Made by a program: the position numbers and the translations under genes. Below the pieces are notes generated by a model. It had not been told where the DNA came from, made no database searches, and saw only the letters and a program-made list of their open reading frames with translations. A stretch of 64,000 bases of DNA from Microbacterium sp. Lineage in GTDB: Bacteria > Actinomycetota > Actinomycetes > Actinomycetales > Microbacteriaceae. The DNA is taken from the NCBI GenBank assembly GCA_047605925.1, contig JASGEY010000028.1, positions 141,156-205,155 on the forward strand, given 5' to 3'. Below are positions 55,290-64,000 of this stretch, in pieces (position 1 is the stretch's first letter; each line of letters starts with the position of its first letter).

Positions 55290-55331
55290 CACCGAAGCGC
55301 AAGGCTCCTCGTGGGGCCTTGCGCTTCGGTG
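55290..55331 (+). terminator. atp operon terminator hairpin
   Basis: CACCGAAGCGCAAGGCTCC-tcgt-GGGGCCTTGCGCTTCGGTG 19-bp stem. Confidence 0.8.
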
Positions 55332-55347
55332 CGTCACCGGAGGTTGA

Positions 55348-56094
55348 ATGAAGATCCTGTTACCGCCATCGGAGACTAAGCATCCCGGTGGCTCCGGGGC
55401 GCCGCTGAGCATCGAAGGCTTGGCGCTGCCGTCCCTCGCCGCGCAGCGCCACGCAGTGGTCGACGCGCTCGTCGGCCTTGCCGCCGATGAGGATGCCTCC
55501 AGCGCCGTGCTCGGCCTCAGTGCCAGACAGGCAGGGGAGGTTCAGCACAATCGGATGCTGCGCTCGGCCGCGACGATGCCCGCGGTTGACAGGTACACCG
55601 GTGTGCTGTTCGATGCGCTCGATGCCACGTCTTTGACGAGCGGTTCCCGGCGCTGGTTGGGCGCACACGTCTGGATTCATTCAGCGCCATTCGGCCCGGT
55701 CAGCGCCCTCGATCAGATCCCGGCATACCGCCTGTCCGCTGGTACGTCGCTGCCAGGACTCGGCGCTCTGCGACGTCACTGGGCGGATGCCACGACGATG
55801 GCGATTTCGCAGGAGCATCCTGCCTTCGTACTCGACCTGCGCAGCGAGGCGTATGTCGCTCTCGGACCGGTTCCCGCTCAGGTTCCTTCCGTCTATGTGC
55901 GGGTTGTCACAGAGCAGGGTCGGGCGCTCAACCATTTCAACAAGAAATCCAAGGGGCTGCTCGTTCGCGCGCTGGCCGAGCAGCGGCCACGGTTTCGGTC
56001 GTTGACGGGCCTGCGTACTTGGGCGCTGGCGAACTGCATCCGATTCCGTGACAGCGATGATGCCGGAGTTGTCGAACTTGTCGTTGATGCATGA
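55348..56094 (+). CDS. yaaA: YaaA family peroxide-stress DNA-binding protein
   Basis: ILLPPSETK, RYTGVLFDAL, YRLS, DLRSEAY, HFNKKSKG. Confidence 0.88.
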   Translation: MKILLPPSETKHPGGSGAPLSIEGLALPSLAAQRHAVVDALVGLAADEDASSAVLGLSARQAGEVQHNRMLRSAATMPAVDRYTGVLFDALDATSLTSGSRRWLGAHVWIHSAPFGPVSALDQIPAYRLSAGTSLPGLGALRRHWADATTMAISQEHPAFVLDLRSEAYVALGPVPAQVPSVYVRVVTEQGRALNHFNKKSKGLLVRALAEQRPRFRSLTGLRTWALANCIRFRDSDDAGVVELVVDA

Positions 56095-56207
56095 CGCTGC
56101 GTAACGCTGTTGCGCGCGCTCTGCGTGGTGCCGTTGCCTGCACTATGGCGGTGTGAGAGAGTAGTGAATATCTGCCCGGACACGGGCCGTTATAGGAGGG
56201 ATATCCC

Positions 56208-56858
56208 ATGTCGAACGATGCAACCGGTCCCGCGGAGCCGAACAGCGGTACGCCAGCCGACGCGGCGTACGTGCCGCCGGCACCGCCTGCAGCACCCCAG
56301 CCTGAGTCGACCTCTGTTCCGCCCGCGGCTCCGGAGCAGCCTGCTCCGGCATATGGCCAGCCTGCTCCGGCCTATGGTCAGCCTGCTCCGGCCTATGGTC
56401 AGCCTGCAGCTCCGGCATATGGCCAGCCTGCTCCGGCCTATGGTCAGCCCCCGCAGGGAGCGCCAGCGTACGGCGCACCGGCTGGTGCACCGTACGGTGC
56501 CCCCTACGGTGCACAGCCTGCGTATGCAGCCCCGGTGCAGCCCAATATCACGGTCAACCTCTGGCTGTCGGTGTTCTTCGGCTGGATCCCGGCGCTGATC
56601 TTCTTCCTCATCGAGAAGGACAAGGTTCCCGCGAACTATCAGCGAGCCAACGCAGCAAACCTCAACTTCCAGATCGTCATCGGGATCGGAGTCGTGGCCT
56701 CGTACCTCCTGACGTTCGTGCTGATCGGGCTTCTGACGTTGCCGTTGGTCGGCCTTGCAGCGCTGATCATCGGGATCATTCACGCTGTCAACGTGCCGCA
56801 GCAGCTTGCTGCCGGTCAGGAGGGCAAGTTCTACCTGGCTCCCGACTGGGTCAAGTAA
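56208..56858 (+). CDS. DUF4870-like membrane protein with Pro/Ala/Tyr-rich repeat N-terminus
   Basis: Strong AGGAGG RBS; GWIPALIFFL, ANLNFQI TM domain. Confidence 0.75.
   Translation: MSNDATGPAEPNSGTPADAAYVPPAPPAAPQPESTSVPPAAPEQPAPAYGQPAPAYGQPAPAYGQPAAPAYGQPAPAYGQPPQGAPAYGAPAGAPYGAPYGAQPAYAAPVQPNITVNLWLSVFFGWIPALIFFLIEKDKVPANYQRANAANLNFQIVIGIGVVASYLLTFVLIGLLTLPLVGLAALIIGIIHAVNVPQQLAAGQEGKFYLAPDWVK
56336..56450. repeat. 21-bp coding tandem repeat (QPAPAYG, 4-5 units, one with a 3-bp insertion)
   Basis: CAGCCTGCTCCGGCCTATGGT-like units. Confidence 0.85.
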
Positions 56859-56865
56859 ATCGTCT

Positions 56866-56906
56866 CGGGTGGGCCTCCGGCGGCTGTCGGAGGCCCACCC
56901 GTTTTT
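56866..56906 (+). terminator. Intrinsic terminator
   Basis: CGGGTGGGCCTCCG...CGGAGGCCCACCCG followed by TTTTT. Confidence 0.85.
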
Positions 56907-57047
56907 CCGGCATCCGGTCGGAACCTGGGTATCTCGCGCGATAACGTGGAGTTATGCTCATGACGCCGCTCCAAGCTGGGGAGTCAACAACGATGTCGGT
57001 CAATCCTGACGTTTGTCGAATCGCTGCAGGCAATGCGGAGGCGGCGC

Positions 57048-57845
57048 ATGGCTGAGACGATTACGAAGACGCACACAGTATCTGCCGATCAGGGGCGACT
57101 TCAGTTGGCCTGGGCAGGTGTGACCGATGTGGGCCTGCGTCGCGACACCAACCAAGATTCGTACTTCGCCGAGTTTCCGCTCTTCATCGTCGCCGACGGC
57201 ATGGGCGGGCACGCTGGTGGGGAGATCGCCAGCCAGCGCACTGTGGCGAGACTGGAAGAGCTTGTGGGGGCCGGCGAGGTCAGCCGTGACGCGATCGAGA
57301 GCGCTCTCGGGCTTGCGGTGGCCGACATCGCCGCCCGTCCGGAGACGACTGACGAAGGTACCGGCACGACGCTGACCGGGCTGTTTCTCGAATCGGACGA
57401 TGACGGAACGCATTGGGTGGCGCTGAATATCGGAGACTCCCGGGTCTACCTGCTGCGAGACGACCGGCTCGTGCAAGTGACTACCGATCACTCGGTGGTA
57501 CAAGAGCTGATCGCTGCAGGCAAGATCAGCCCGGAAGAGGCAGAGGGGCACCCCTATAGCAACGTGATCACGCGTGCCGTTGGGGCGAGCGAGCTCATGG
57601 CGCCCGATTATGTCTCGATCGATCTTCGCCCGGGGGACCGATTCGTCATCTGCTCTGATGGCTTGACCAAAGAGCTCACCGATTACGGCATCCAGCATTT
57701 CCTCAACGAGCATTCGAGCCCGGGCAAAGCCGTCGATGCGATGCTCACTGCGGCCCTGGAGAACGGGGGACGCGACAACGTCACCCTCGTTGTCGTTCAG
57801 GTCGATGCTGACTCATCCTCCACAGAAGAGCAGTTTGAGCTCTGA
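57048..57845 (+). CDS. PP2C-family Ser/Thr phosphatase
   Basis: GLRRDTNQD, VADGMGGH, NIGDSR, CSDGL, GGRDN. Confidence 0.93.
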   Translation: MAETITKTHTVSADQGRLQLAWAGVTDVGLRRDTNQDSYFAEFPLFIVADGMGGHAGGEIASQRTVARLEELVGAGEVSRDAIESALGLAVADIAARPETTDEGTGTTLTGLFLESDDDGTHWVALNIGDSRVYLLRDDRLVQVTTDHSVVQELIAAGKISPEEAEGHPYSNVITRAVGASELMAPDYVSIDLRPGDRFVICSDGLTKELTDYGIQHFLNEHSSPGKAVDAMLTAALENGGRDNVTLVVVQVDADSSSTEEQFEL

Positions 57846-57915
57846 TCGGGTGATCCCCGGAGAAACCTGGGGATAGCCGCTCACCGTCGATGGTGAATGG
57901 TGTGCACTGTTCGGT

Positions 57916-60642
57916 ATGGACTTCCTACCTATCACCATGCCCGCGCCGCCACCCGACGCGAAACGTCCACCGGTACCGTTCATGGCGGCACTCGTTCCCG
58001 TCGCCGGCGGAGTCGTCATGTGGCTCGTTTCGGGGTCGCTGCTCGCGCTGTGCTTCGCTGCTCTGGGGCCGCTGATGGTCGGAGCCTCGCTGATCGACGG
58101 CGCACGTGCGCGACGCAAGGCGCGACGGGCGGCCGCATCAGAAGTGGAGCGTGCTTGGGCGCGTGTCGAAGTCGAACGCGAGCGCAGGCACGATGAAGAG
58201 CGGGAGTTGCTGAACCTGCGGCATCCTGATGCGGCTTCAGCATTGCAACGGCCGCCGCTTCGCGGAGGGGAGGGAGCGGATGCTGCCACGATGATCGTCG
58301 TCGGCAGAGGTGCTGGACGCAGCGAACTACGCGCCTCGGGTGGAGACGATGAACGGGCACGTGCGTTCCAGTCACAGTGCGCCGTCCTTGAAGACGCACC
58401 GATCGCTGTCGCGCTCGGTGGCGGGGTGTGTCTGCGCGGAGCGGCGCCCGTCGTCCTCGCCATCGCGCGCGGACTTGTTGTGCAACTCGTCTTGAGGTTC
58501 GGATCGGCGCAGCTCGCCATTGTCGGCGAGCGTGCGTCGGAGTGGGGCCTTGACGGCTTTGTCGGCTCAACGACCCGCCGCAACGCGATGACAGTCGGTC
58601 TTGCGCGGATCGGCGACCCTCGACCGAGGGCGAGTGCGGTGATCTGGGTGGGCACATCGATGGACGAGGTCCCAGAGGGCGTGACCACTGTGGTCGACGT
58701 GGTTGAGCCGTCCCGTGCGTCGCTGCGAACGCCACACGGGATCGGTGAGTTGGCGGTGGAAGGCCTCTCGGTTGCACAGGCGGAGCTCATCGCAAGGGCC
58801 AAGGCGGAGGGCGAGGAGCACGTCGATGCCCTGCCCGACGCAATCGCCCTCGCGGAGCTGAGGCAGGAGCGCGGCTCGCGCGGCGTGGCTGCGGCAATCG
58901 GGCGGAGCACACGCGATGAACTGGTCGTTGACATCGTCGACGACGGGCCGCACGCGATTGTGACCGGCACGACGGGCACTGGCAAGAGCGAGCTGTTGGT
59001 GACTTGGGTCACCGCGATGGCATCCACATACGGACCCGATCGCGTCGTGTTCGTTCTCGCCGACTTCAAAGGCGGCACAGCGTTCGAACCCTTGCGGGCT
59101 CTTCCGCAGGTAGCGGCAGTGATCACAGATCTCGACGATGAGGGTGCGCGTCGAGGTGTCTCCAGCCTCACTGCAGAGCTCCGCAGGCGGGAGGCGATAC
59201 TCGCCGAGGCAGGGGTGCGCGATGTGCGCGAATGCGATGTGCCCAGACTCGTCATCGTCGTGGACGAGTTTGCCGCACTTCTGCAGGAGCATGCAGATCT
59301 GGGCGCCGTGTTCACCGACATCGCAGCCAGAGGACGCGCCCTGGGCATGCATCTCATCATCGGAACCCAGCGCGCTTCGGGTGTAATCAGAGACGCGTTG
59401 GCGGCCAACTGCCCGTTGAGGATCAGTCTGCGAGTGAGCGATGCTGCCGATAGCCGGACGGTGATCGGCACGGATGCTGCGGCTGAACTTCCAGGAGGAC
59501 CAGGCTCCCGCGGCCTCGCTCTCGTGCGCCGCCCGGAAGATGCCGAACCCGTGCCGATTCGGGTCGCTCTGACTGGTGCCGCAGATTTGCGAGCGGTTGG
59601 CACCAAGTGGTCGGCCGCACAGCCGGCGCGCAGCCCATGGCTGCCAGCGCTGAGCGCTCACATACCGTTGGAGGCGCTGCCTGCTGCTGCATCGGGTGAG
59701 GTGATCATCGGCCAGGCAGATGAGCCTGAGCGCCAGCGCCAGCCGGTGCGCACGCTGAGACTTGGGATCGATCGAGGGCTCGCGGTGCTCGGGGCTGCAG
59801 GCACGGGCCGCTCGTCCGTTCTGCGCCTGCTTACACGACAGCATCCTGCGGCGCTGTGCATTCCGTCCGATCCTGAGGCTGCTTGGGATGCCGTCGCTGA
59901 TCTGGTCGAACGTCGGAGGCCGATCCCGGATCTGGTGCTGTGCGACGATATCGATGCTCTGCTCGCAGATCTGCCCTCCGACCACTCGCTGCTGTTCGCG
60001 CAGCGCTGGGAACAGCTTTTGCGGGGCGCTCCCCGAACCACATTCGTGCTCACAGCTGCAAGGTCGTCGGGAGCTGCCGGAAGGCTGATGGATGTGTTGC
60101 CGCAGCGTGCGCTCCTGCGCATGCCCAGCCGTGTAGAGCACTTGGCAGCTGGAGGCGATTCCTCCTCGTTCGATCGGGATCGCGTGCCGGGGCGCGCTGT
60201 GCTCGGCGAGCACCTCATCCAGTTCGCGTGGGCAGAGCATTCGTCGTCCGATGCGGCCGATGCGGTCGATCCTGCGCGCTGGTCTCCGTCAGCAGCACTC
60301 ACTGCGGTCGTCACTTCCGCGCCGCTTGCTGCCGCGCGGGCAATGCAGGAGGCGCATCCGCACTGCGAAGTGGTGCCGCTCCCTGCCGAGCCCAAGACGA
60401 CGGCGGAACGGGTGATTCTCGTGGCGGATGCCGACACCTGGCAGCGCAGTTGGCTGCTGTGGCAGCGCGTGAGGGCTCAAGGAGAGATTCTGATCAGGGC
60501 GGAGTCGCCGTCGGATCTGCGTCAGCTCGCTGGTGTGCGCGAGACGCCGCCGTTCGCGCGGACTCATGCCGGGCGGGCGTGGTCGCTGCGTGAGCCCGAC
60601 TCGCCGCGCCGCGTGGTGTTGCCCGAGCTGGCGCCGACCTGA
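57916..60642 (+). CDS. FtsK/SpoIIIE-domain ATPase (EccC-like architecture)
   Basis: Two N-terminal TMs; DGPHAIVTGTTGTGKSELL, DFKGG, VVDEFA, RGRALGMHLIIGTQR; second degenerate ATPase GAAGTGRS. Confidence 0.85.
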   Translation: MDFLPITMPAPPPDAKRPPVPFMAALVPVAGGVVMWLVSGSLLALCFAALGPLMVGASLIDGARARRKARRAAASEVERAWARVEVERERRHDEERELLNLRHPDAASALQRPPLRGGEGADAATMIVVGRGAGRSELRASGGDDERARAFQSQCAVLEDAPIAVALGGGVCLRGAAPVVLAIARGLVVQLVLRFGSAQLAIVGERASEWGLDGFVGSTTRRNAMTVGLARIGDPRPRASAVIWVGTSMDEVPEGVTTVVDVVEPSRASLRTPHGIGELAVEGLSVAQAELIARAKAEGEEHVDALPDAIALAELRQERGSRGVAAAIGRSTRDELVVDIVDDGPHAIVTGTTGTGKSELLVTWVTAMASTYGPDRVVFVLADFKGGTAFEPLRALPQVAAVITDLDDEGARRGVSSLTAELRRREAILAEAGVRDVRECDVPRLVIVVDEFAALLQEHADLGAVFTDIAARGRALGMHLIIGTQRASGVIRDALAANCPLRISLRVSDAADSRTVIGTDAAAELPGGPGSRGLALVRRPEDAEPVPIRVALTGAADLRAVGTKWSAAQPARSPWLPALSAHIPLEALPAAASGEVIIGQADEPERQRQPVRTLRLGIDRGLAVLGAAGTGRSSVLRLLTRQHPAALCIPSDPEAAWDAVADLVERRRPIPDLVLCDDIDALLADLPSDHSLLFAQRWEQLLRGAPRTTFVLTAARSSGAAGRLMDVLPQRALLRMPSRVEHLAAGGDSSSFDRDRVPGRAVLGEHLIQFAWAEHSSSDAADAVDPARWSPSAALTAVVTSAPLAAARAMQEAHPHCEVVPLPAEPKTTAERVILVADADTWQRSWLLWQRVRAQGEILIRAESPSDLRQLAGVRETPPFARTHAGRAWSLREPDSPRRVVLPELAPT

Positions 60643-60649
60643 TACGCAC

Positions 60650-61645
60650 TCACAGCAGCGGGCTCACCCGGATTGCGCCGACGTCACGGCCTGCGCCCTG
60701 CACAGCGAGAGGGAGTACCTCGGCGAGCTCGGTGATACCCGCAGCGGGCAGAGCGCCGGCGCGTTCGAGCAGAGTTGCTGCGATCAGTGTGCCAGCGCGC
60801 GTTGAGCCGTCAAGGGTCTTCACAGCGACGGTCGTTCCGTTCGGGGCGACCATCACCATGAGTCCCTCGGCTCCGTACTTAGCGAAGACGCCGAGCTTCT
60901 CCGTCGCGACGGTATCGGGGCGCCCCGGGCCTTCGATCGTCCATGGATTCTCACGGACGGCACGCACCAGAGAACCGGCTACACGGTGCAGCGCGAATGG
61001 CGATCGCTCTGAGGCGCTGCCGATGCGGTGCATCGCTCTGGCCAGGCCGGTGAGGGTGACGGCGTGCACCGGGGCACCGCAGCCGTCGACTGCGGTGAGC
61101 GCGACCTTCTCGCCGGCGAGTCGCTCGACCACCTCTCGGATGTGCACTTGCAGCGGATGGGCGGCATCGAGGTACCCCTCGGTCGGCCATCCTGTGGCGG
61201 CACACGCACGAAGCATCGCCGCGTGTTTTCCCGAGCAACCCATGCGGATGCGGGAGGGGGAGCCGTGCTCGCGAACGAGCTCGTCGCGGGTGGCGGAGTC
61301 GCCAGGCCACGAAGGCGGGCACCTGAGATCGTCCTCGTTCAGACCGCCCTGAGTGAGCATGTCGCGGACGACGGCGGCGTGCCGATCGGTGCCGACGTGA
61401 CTCGCCGTCGACAGGGCGAGCTGTTCACCTGTCAGGGGCGCGCCAGCTGTTACACAGGCGATAGCCTGGAGGGGCTTCAGGCTGGAGCGGGGGAGTACCA
61501 AGGCATCCGCGTTGCCGTGGGTGGCGACGACGTCGCCTTCGGCAGACAGCACGACCGCAGCGCCGGCATGGCGCGACTCAACGAACCCGCTTCGCTCAAC
61601 GACGGCGAGTTCGACAGCATCCTGAACAGTGAAAGTCTGCAGCAC
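60650..61645 (-). CDS. Asparaginase II family (Rhizobium AnsA-like)
   Basis: RSGFVESRH, PRSSLKPLQ, ASH, CSGKH, DGCG, AKYGAEG. Confidence 0.9.
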   Translation of the reverse strand: MLQTFTVQDAVELAVVERSGFVESRHAGAAVVLSAEGDVVATHGNADALVLPRSSLKPLQAIACVTAGAPLTGEQLALSTASHVGTDRHAAVVRDMLTQGGLNEDDLRCPPSWPGDSATRDELVREHGSPSRIRMGCSGKHAAMLRACAATGWPTEGYLDAAHPLQVHIREVVERLAGEKVALTAVDGCGAPVHAVTLTGLARAMHRIGSASERSPFALHRVAGSLVRAVRENPWTIEGPGRPDTVATEKLGVFAKYGAEGLMVMVAPNGTTVAVKTLDGSTRAGTLIAATLLERAGALPAAGITELAEVLPLAVQGAGRDVGAIRVSPLL

Positions 61646-61692
61646 CTGCCAAGACTACCCGGCGACATCCGTGCCGGTGGCAGACTGGACGC

Positions 61693-62178
61693 ATGGCACC
61701 GACGGCTCTTGGCGAGCATCGCTACGCGCTCACATCGACCTGGACCGGGAACACCGGGACGGGAACGAGTGGCTATCGCGAATACAGCCGCAATGTGACT
61801 CTCCAGGTGAGCGGCAAGCCGGACATCCTTGCATCCAGCGATGCGCCATTCCGCGGCGATCGGTCGCGCTGGAACCCCGAGGATCTCTTGCTCGCTTCGC
61901 TGTCGGAGTGCCACCTGCTCTCGTACCTGCACGCGTGCGTCACAGCAGGAGTGGTCGTTGTGTCGTATCGCGATAACGCCTCCGCTCTGATGCGTGAGAA
62001 CAGCAAGGGCGGTGGAGCGTTCGTGGAGGTAATGCTGCGGCCGCAGGTGGTCGTCGCCGATGCTTCGATGATCGAGGCGGCCGAGCGCGCGCACGCCCAA
62101 GCGAACGAGTGGTGTTTCATCGCGAACTCGATGAACTTCCCTGTGCGGCATGAAGCCGAGGTGACCGCTGCGGTCTGA
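61693..62178 (+). CDS. OsmC family protein
   Basis: WNPEDLLLASLSECH, CFIANS. Confidence 0.9.
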   Translation: MAPTALGEHRYALTSTWTGNTGTGTSGYREYSRNVTLQVSGKPDILASSDAPFRGDRSRWNPEDLLLASLSECHLLSYLHACVTAGVVVVSYRDNASALMRENSKGGGAFVEVMLRPQVVVADASMIEAAERAHAQANEWCFIANSMNFPVRHEAEVTAAV

Positions 62179-62191
62179 GAACCGTGCGATC

Positions 62192-62971
62192 TCAGCGTCG
62201 CTCGTGTGGCAGTGCCTGTTTGATCTTCTCGATCGCGTTCTGCGCTGGGGGCTCGTTGTAGGCTCCGGCGAGTTCCTGGCCGGAGAGCGCATGAATGGCG
62301 GCCATGATCTCATCGGTTGCGAGACGGCGTGCCCGACCGCTCGTCGCCGGGCCGTGTGGGGCGAGATTCAGCGGCTTACCGAATTTCACTGTGATGCGCT
62401 CGGTGAGTGTGGGCATCTTGGCGCCGACCGGCATCACCTTGTCGGTGCCGATGAGGCCGACCGGAACCACTGGGGCACCGGTCTGCAGGGCGAGGAAGGC
62501 GACACCCGTGCGTCCCTTGTACAGGCGTCCGTCGGTTGAACGCGTGCCCTCCGGATACAGTGCGACAGCGAGACCATCGTCAAGCAGTTGGCGCTGCAGG
62601 TCGAGGGCGTCCAGTGCCGCCTGTCCTGCTCCGCGCCGCACAGGGATCGCCCCGATGGACTCGAAAAATGTTTTGCTCAGCCAGCCTTTAGCGCCTGTGC
62701 CTTCGAAGTAACTCGACTTCGCCAGAAAGTGCACAGGGCGAGGGGCGGCGACCGGGATCGCGATCGAGTCGATGAAGGACAGATGGTTGCTGGCGAAGAT
62801 CACGGGCCCCTCGATCGGCACATGCTCGCTGCCCTCGATGCGTGGGCGGTAGATCAGACGCGCGAGTGGGCTGATCAGGCTGCGACCGAGTGCGTACGTG
62901 AACCCGGCATGCCGAGGTTTCGCGGTCTCGTCCGGTGACGGCTCAGGCTCGACGGACTGCTCAGAGGTCAT
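62192..62971 (-). CDS. plsC: 1-acyl-sn-glycerol-3-phosphate (lysophospholipid) acyltransferase
   Basis: SNHLSFID, FLAK, YPEGTRS. Confidence 0.9.
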   Translation of the reverse strand: MTSEQSVEPEPSPDETAKPRHAGFTYALGRSLISPLARLIYRPRIEGSEHVPIEGPVIFASNHLSFIDSIAIPVAAPRPVHFLAKSSYFEGTGAKGWLSKTFFESIGAIPVRRGAGQAALDALDLQRQLLDDGLAVALYPEGTRSTDGRLYKGRTGVAFLALQTGAPVVPVGLIGTDKVMPVGAKMPTLTERITVKFGKPLNLAPHGPATSGRARRLATDEIMAAIHALSGQELAGAYNEPPAQNAIEKIKQALPHERR

Positions 62972-63097
62972 CAGAAAAGGCTACCTCCCGATCCATGCCG
63001 GCGGCGGAATGAGGTCGGTCGGCAGCGCCGTTCAGCCTGAACCTAGCCGGATGGGGGAAGATAGGGTGTCCCTCCCGTGAATCCGAGGTTTTGAACT

Positions 63098-64000
63098 GTG
63101 CGTATCCGATCGCTGAGCATCCTGTCCACTGTCGCCGTTGTGACTCTGCTTCTGGCGGGGTGCTCGGGATCCGCGGCGCCTGACTCCACCGCATCGCCAA
63201 CCACCGACGCAGCAGCCGACTTGTGCTCGGTCGCGGCGGGTCCCGGCGAGGCATCCGACAGCGTCACCATCGATGGCAGCTTCGGGGAGATCTCGAACGC
63301 GACCTTCGAACTTAATCAGACGATCGACGAGATCCAGCGCACGGTCGTTACCGAGGGAGACGGCGACAAGATCGCAGCCGGCGATTTTGTGCGCTACGCA
63401 CTCAGCGCCTTCGATGCCACAACCGGAGAGCGCCTCGGTGACGCAGGATATACCGACGACGACATGCTTCCGAACGCTGTCACTGCGGACTCGCCGCTTG
63501 GACAGATCATCGGCTGCGCGACGATCGGCACTCGCCTGGCCGTCGCTCTTCCTGGATCAGACACATCGAGCCCCGCACTCTACGTGGTCGACATCTTGGG
63601 CATCACTCCGATCTCCGCATGGGGTGAGGATCAGGCAGCGGTTGAGGGCATGCCCGAGGTGACGCTCGCTGACGACGGCCAGCCCAGTGTGACGCTGCCT
63701 GACGGTGATGCGCCGACCGAACTGAAAATTGCGGTGCTGAAGGAAGGCGATGGTCCGACCGTCACTGCCGGAGATACCACCCTTCTGCAGTACTTCGGTG
63801 TGGATTGGGAAACCGGTGAAAGCTTCGACTCCTCTTGGCAGAACGGGGCTCCGATCTCGATCACGGGCAACACCTACGTCGAGGGCTTCATTCAGGCGCT
63901 TGAAGGCCAAAAGGTGGGCTCGCAGATTCTCGTGGTCATCCCGCCTGCGCTCGGATATGGCGAAGCGGGTTCGAGTGATCACGAGCTCGCGGGGAAGACG
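63098..64000 (+). CDS. FKBP-type peptidyl-prolyl isomerase lipoprotein (runs off the window end)
   Basis: GTG start, MRIRSLSIL..LLAGC lipobox, LKEGDG, FDSSW, GQKVGSQILVVIPPALGYG; absent from the ORF track because it is unterminated. Confidence 0.85.
   Translation, partial: MRIRSLSILSTVAVVTLLLAGCSGSAAPDSTASPTTDAAADLCSVAAGPGEASDSVTIDGSFGEISNATFELNQTIDEIQRTVVTEGDGDKIAAGDFVRYALSAFDATTGERLGDAGYTDDDMLPNAVTADSPLGQIIGCATIGTRLAVALPGSDTSSPALYVVDILGITPISAWGEDQAAVEGMPEVTLADDGQPSVTLPDGDAPTELKIAVLKEGDGPTVTAGDTTLLQYFGVDWETGESFDSSWQNGAPISITGNTYVEGFIQALEGQKVGSQILVVIPPALGYGEAGSSDHELAGKT

Noticed and set aside
56336-56450. Short direct repeats considered as a CRISPR array
   Set aside because: Contiguous in-frame coding repeats with no unique spacers; no cas genes in the window.

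Overview
High-GC actinobacterial chromosome segment whose gene content and order point to Microbacterium/Microbacteriaceae (inference). Most of it is core housekeeping: metX/metY, ung, a peptide/nickel-type ABC importer, pspA plus a TPM-domain protein, trmB, argS-lysA-hom-thrB-rho-prfA, cysK/cysE, prmC-tsaC-wecA, the full atpBEFHAGDC operon, yaaA, a PP2C phosphatase, an FtsK/EccC-like ATPase, asparaginase, osmC, plsC and an FKBP. The accessory part is about 21.4-31.2 kb, abutting the 3' end of tRNA-Arg(CCG). It contains a close homologue of mycobacterial IrtAB (siderophore-reductase-fused importer) behind an IdeR-type box. Next comes a three-gene cassette with its own consensus promoter: FAD/NAD(P)-binding flavoenzyme, DMT/EamA exporter and NikS/DdaF-like ATP-grasp ligase. 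It is bracketed by two internally deleted IS relics (IS3 and ISL3). This cassette is the best candidate for an undescribed small-molecule system (modified dipeptide or metallophore). A doubly inactivated vapBC2-like TA pair lies between prfA and cysE. All calls come from reading motifs by eye; no database searches were run.
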